Below are positions 63,924 to 64,000 of a stretch of 64,000 nucleotides of DNA, piece after piece. The position numbers and the translations under genes were made by a program. The notes beneath the pieces were generated by a model. It did not search any database and had not been told where the DNA came from. It saw only the letters and a list, made by a program, of their open reading frames with translations. The DNA comes from Pecten maximus. Lineage: Eukaryota. Location of the stretch: the NCBI RefSeq assembly GCF_902652985.1, contig NC_047029.1:21018001-21082000 (forward strand). The letters are read 5' to 3'. Within the stretch, counting starts at the first letter, position 1; every line of letters begins with the position of its first letter.

Positions 63924-64000
63924 TATTCTTTCCTCTGTCCAATATTAGCAGTTAAAAGTTTAATATTTATGGGATTATGATTGAAAAATTCGAAATTTAA

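Overview
AT-rich eukaryotic DNA. The repeat families (V-SINE, 155-bp satellite-bearing Helentron/HINE, CR1-like LINEs) point to a bivalve mollusc, probably a scallop (inference). There is no prokaryotic system or CRISPR array. Three spliced genes could be reconstructed by hand, none of them apparent as complete genes in the ORF track. (1) A complete 5-exon minus-strand gene (57828-52044) for a 326-aa type I membrane protein: signal peptide, CUB, LDLa, TM, basic S/T-rich tail with RVxP. (2) Head-to-head with it, the probable first coding exon of WDR75/UTP17 (59293-59396, +). (3) A minus-strand gene of at least 8 exons (44654-37104) for an unrecognised coiled-coil protein with a D-box-like motif and a single-base frameshift in the last exon. 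The most unusual structure is a 15-kb four-copy tandem macro-repeat (9808-25118). Each unit carries a conserved minus-strand TATA-like/short exon/GTAAGA donor cassette next to a 59-bp minisatellite whose length rises along the array (about 8, 16, 25 and 55 units); one unit is a recombinant mosaic and HINE and SINE insertions are unit-specific. The rest is transposon and repeat debris: a TSD-flanked 5'-truncated LINE, a HERO-like fossil, several MITEs and minisatellites, and an interleaved microhomology duplication. All calls come from manual reading; no database search was run.
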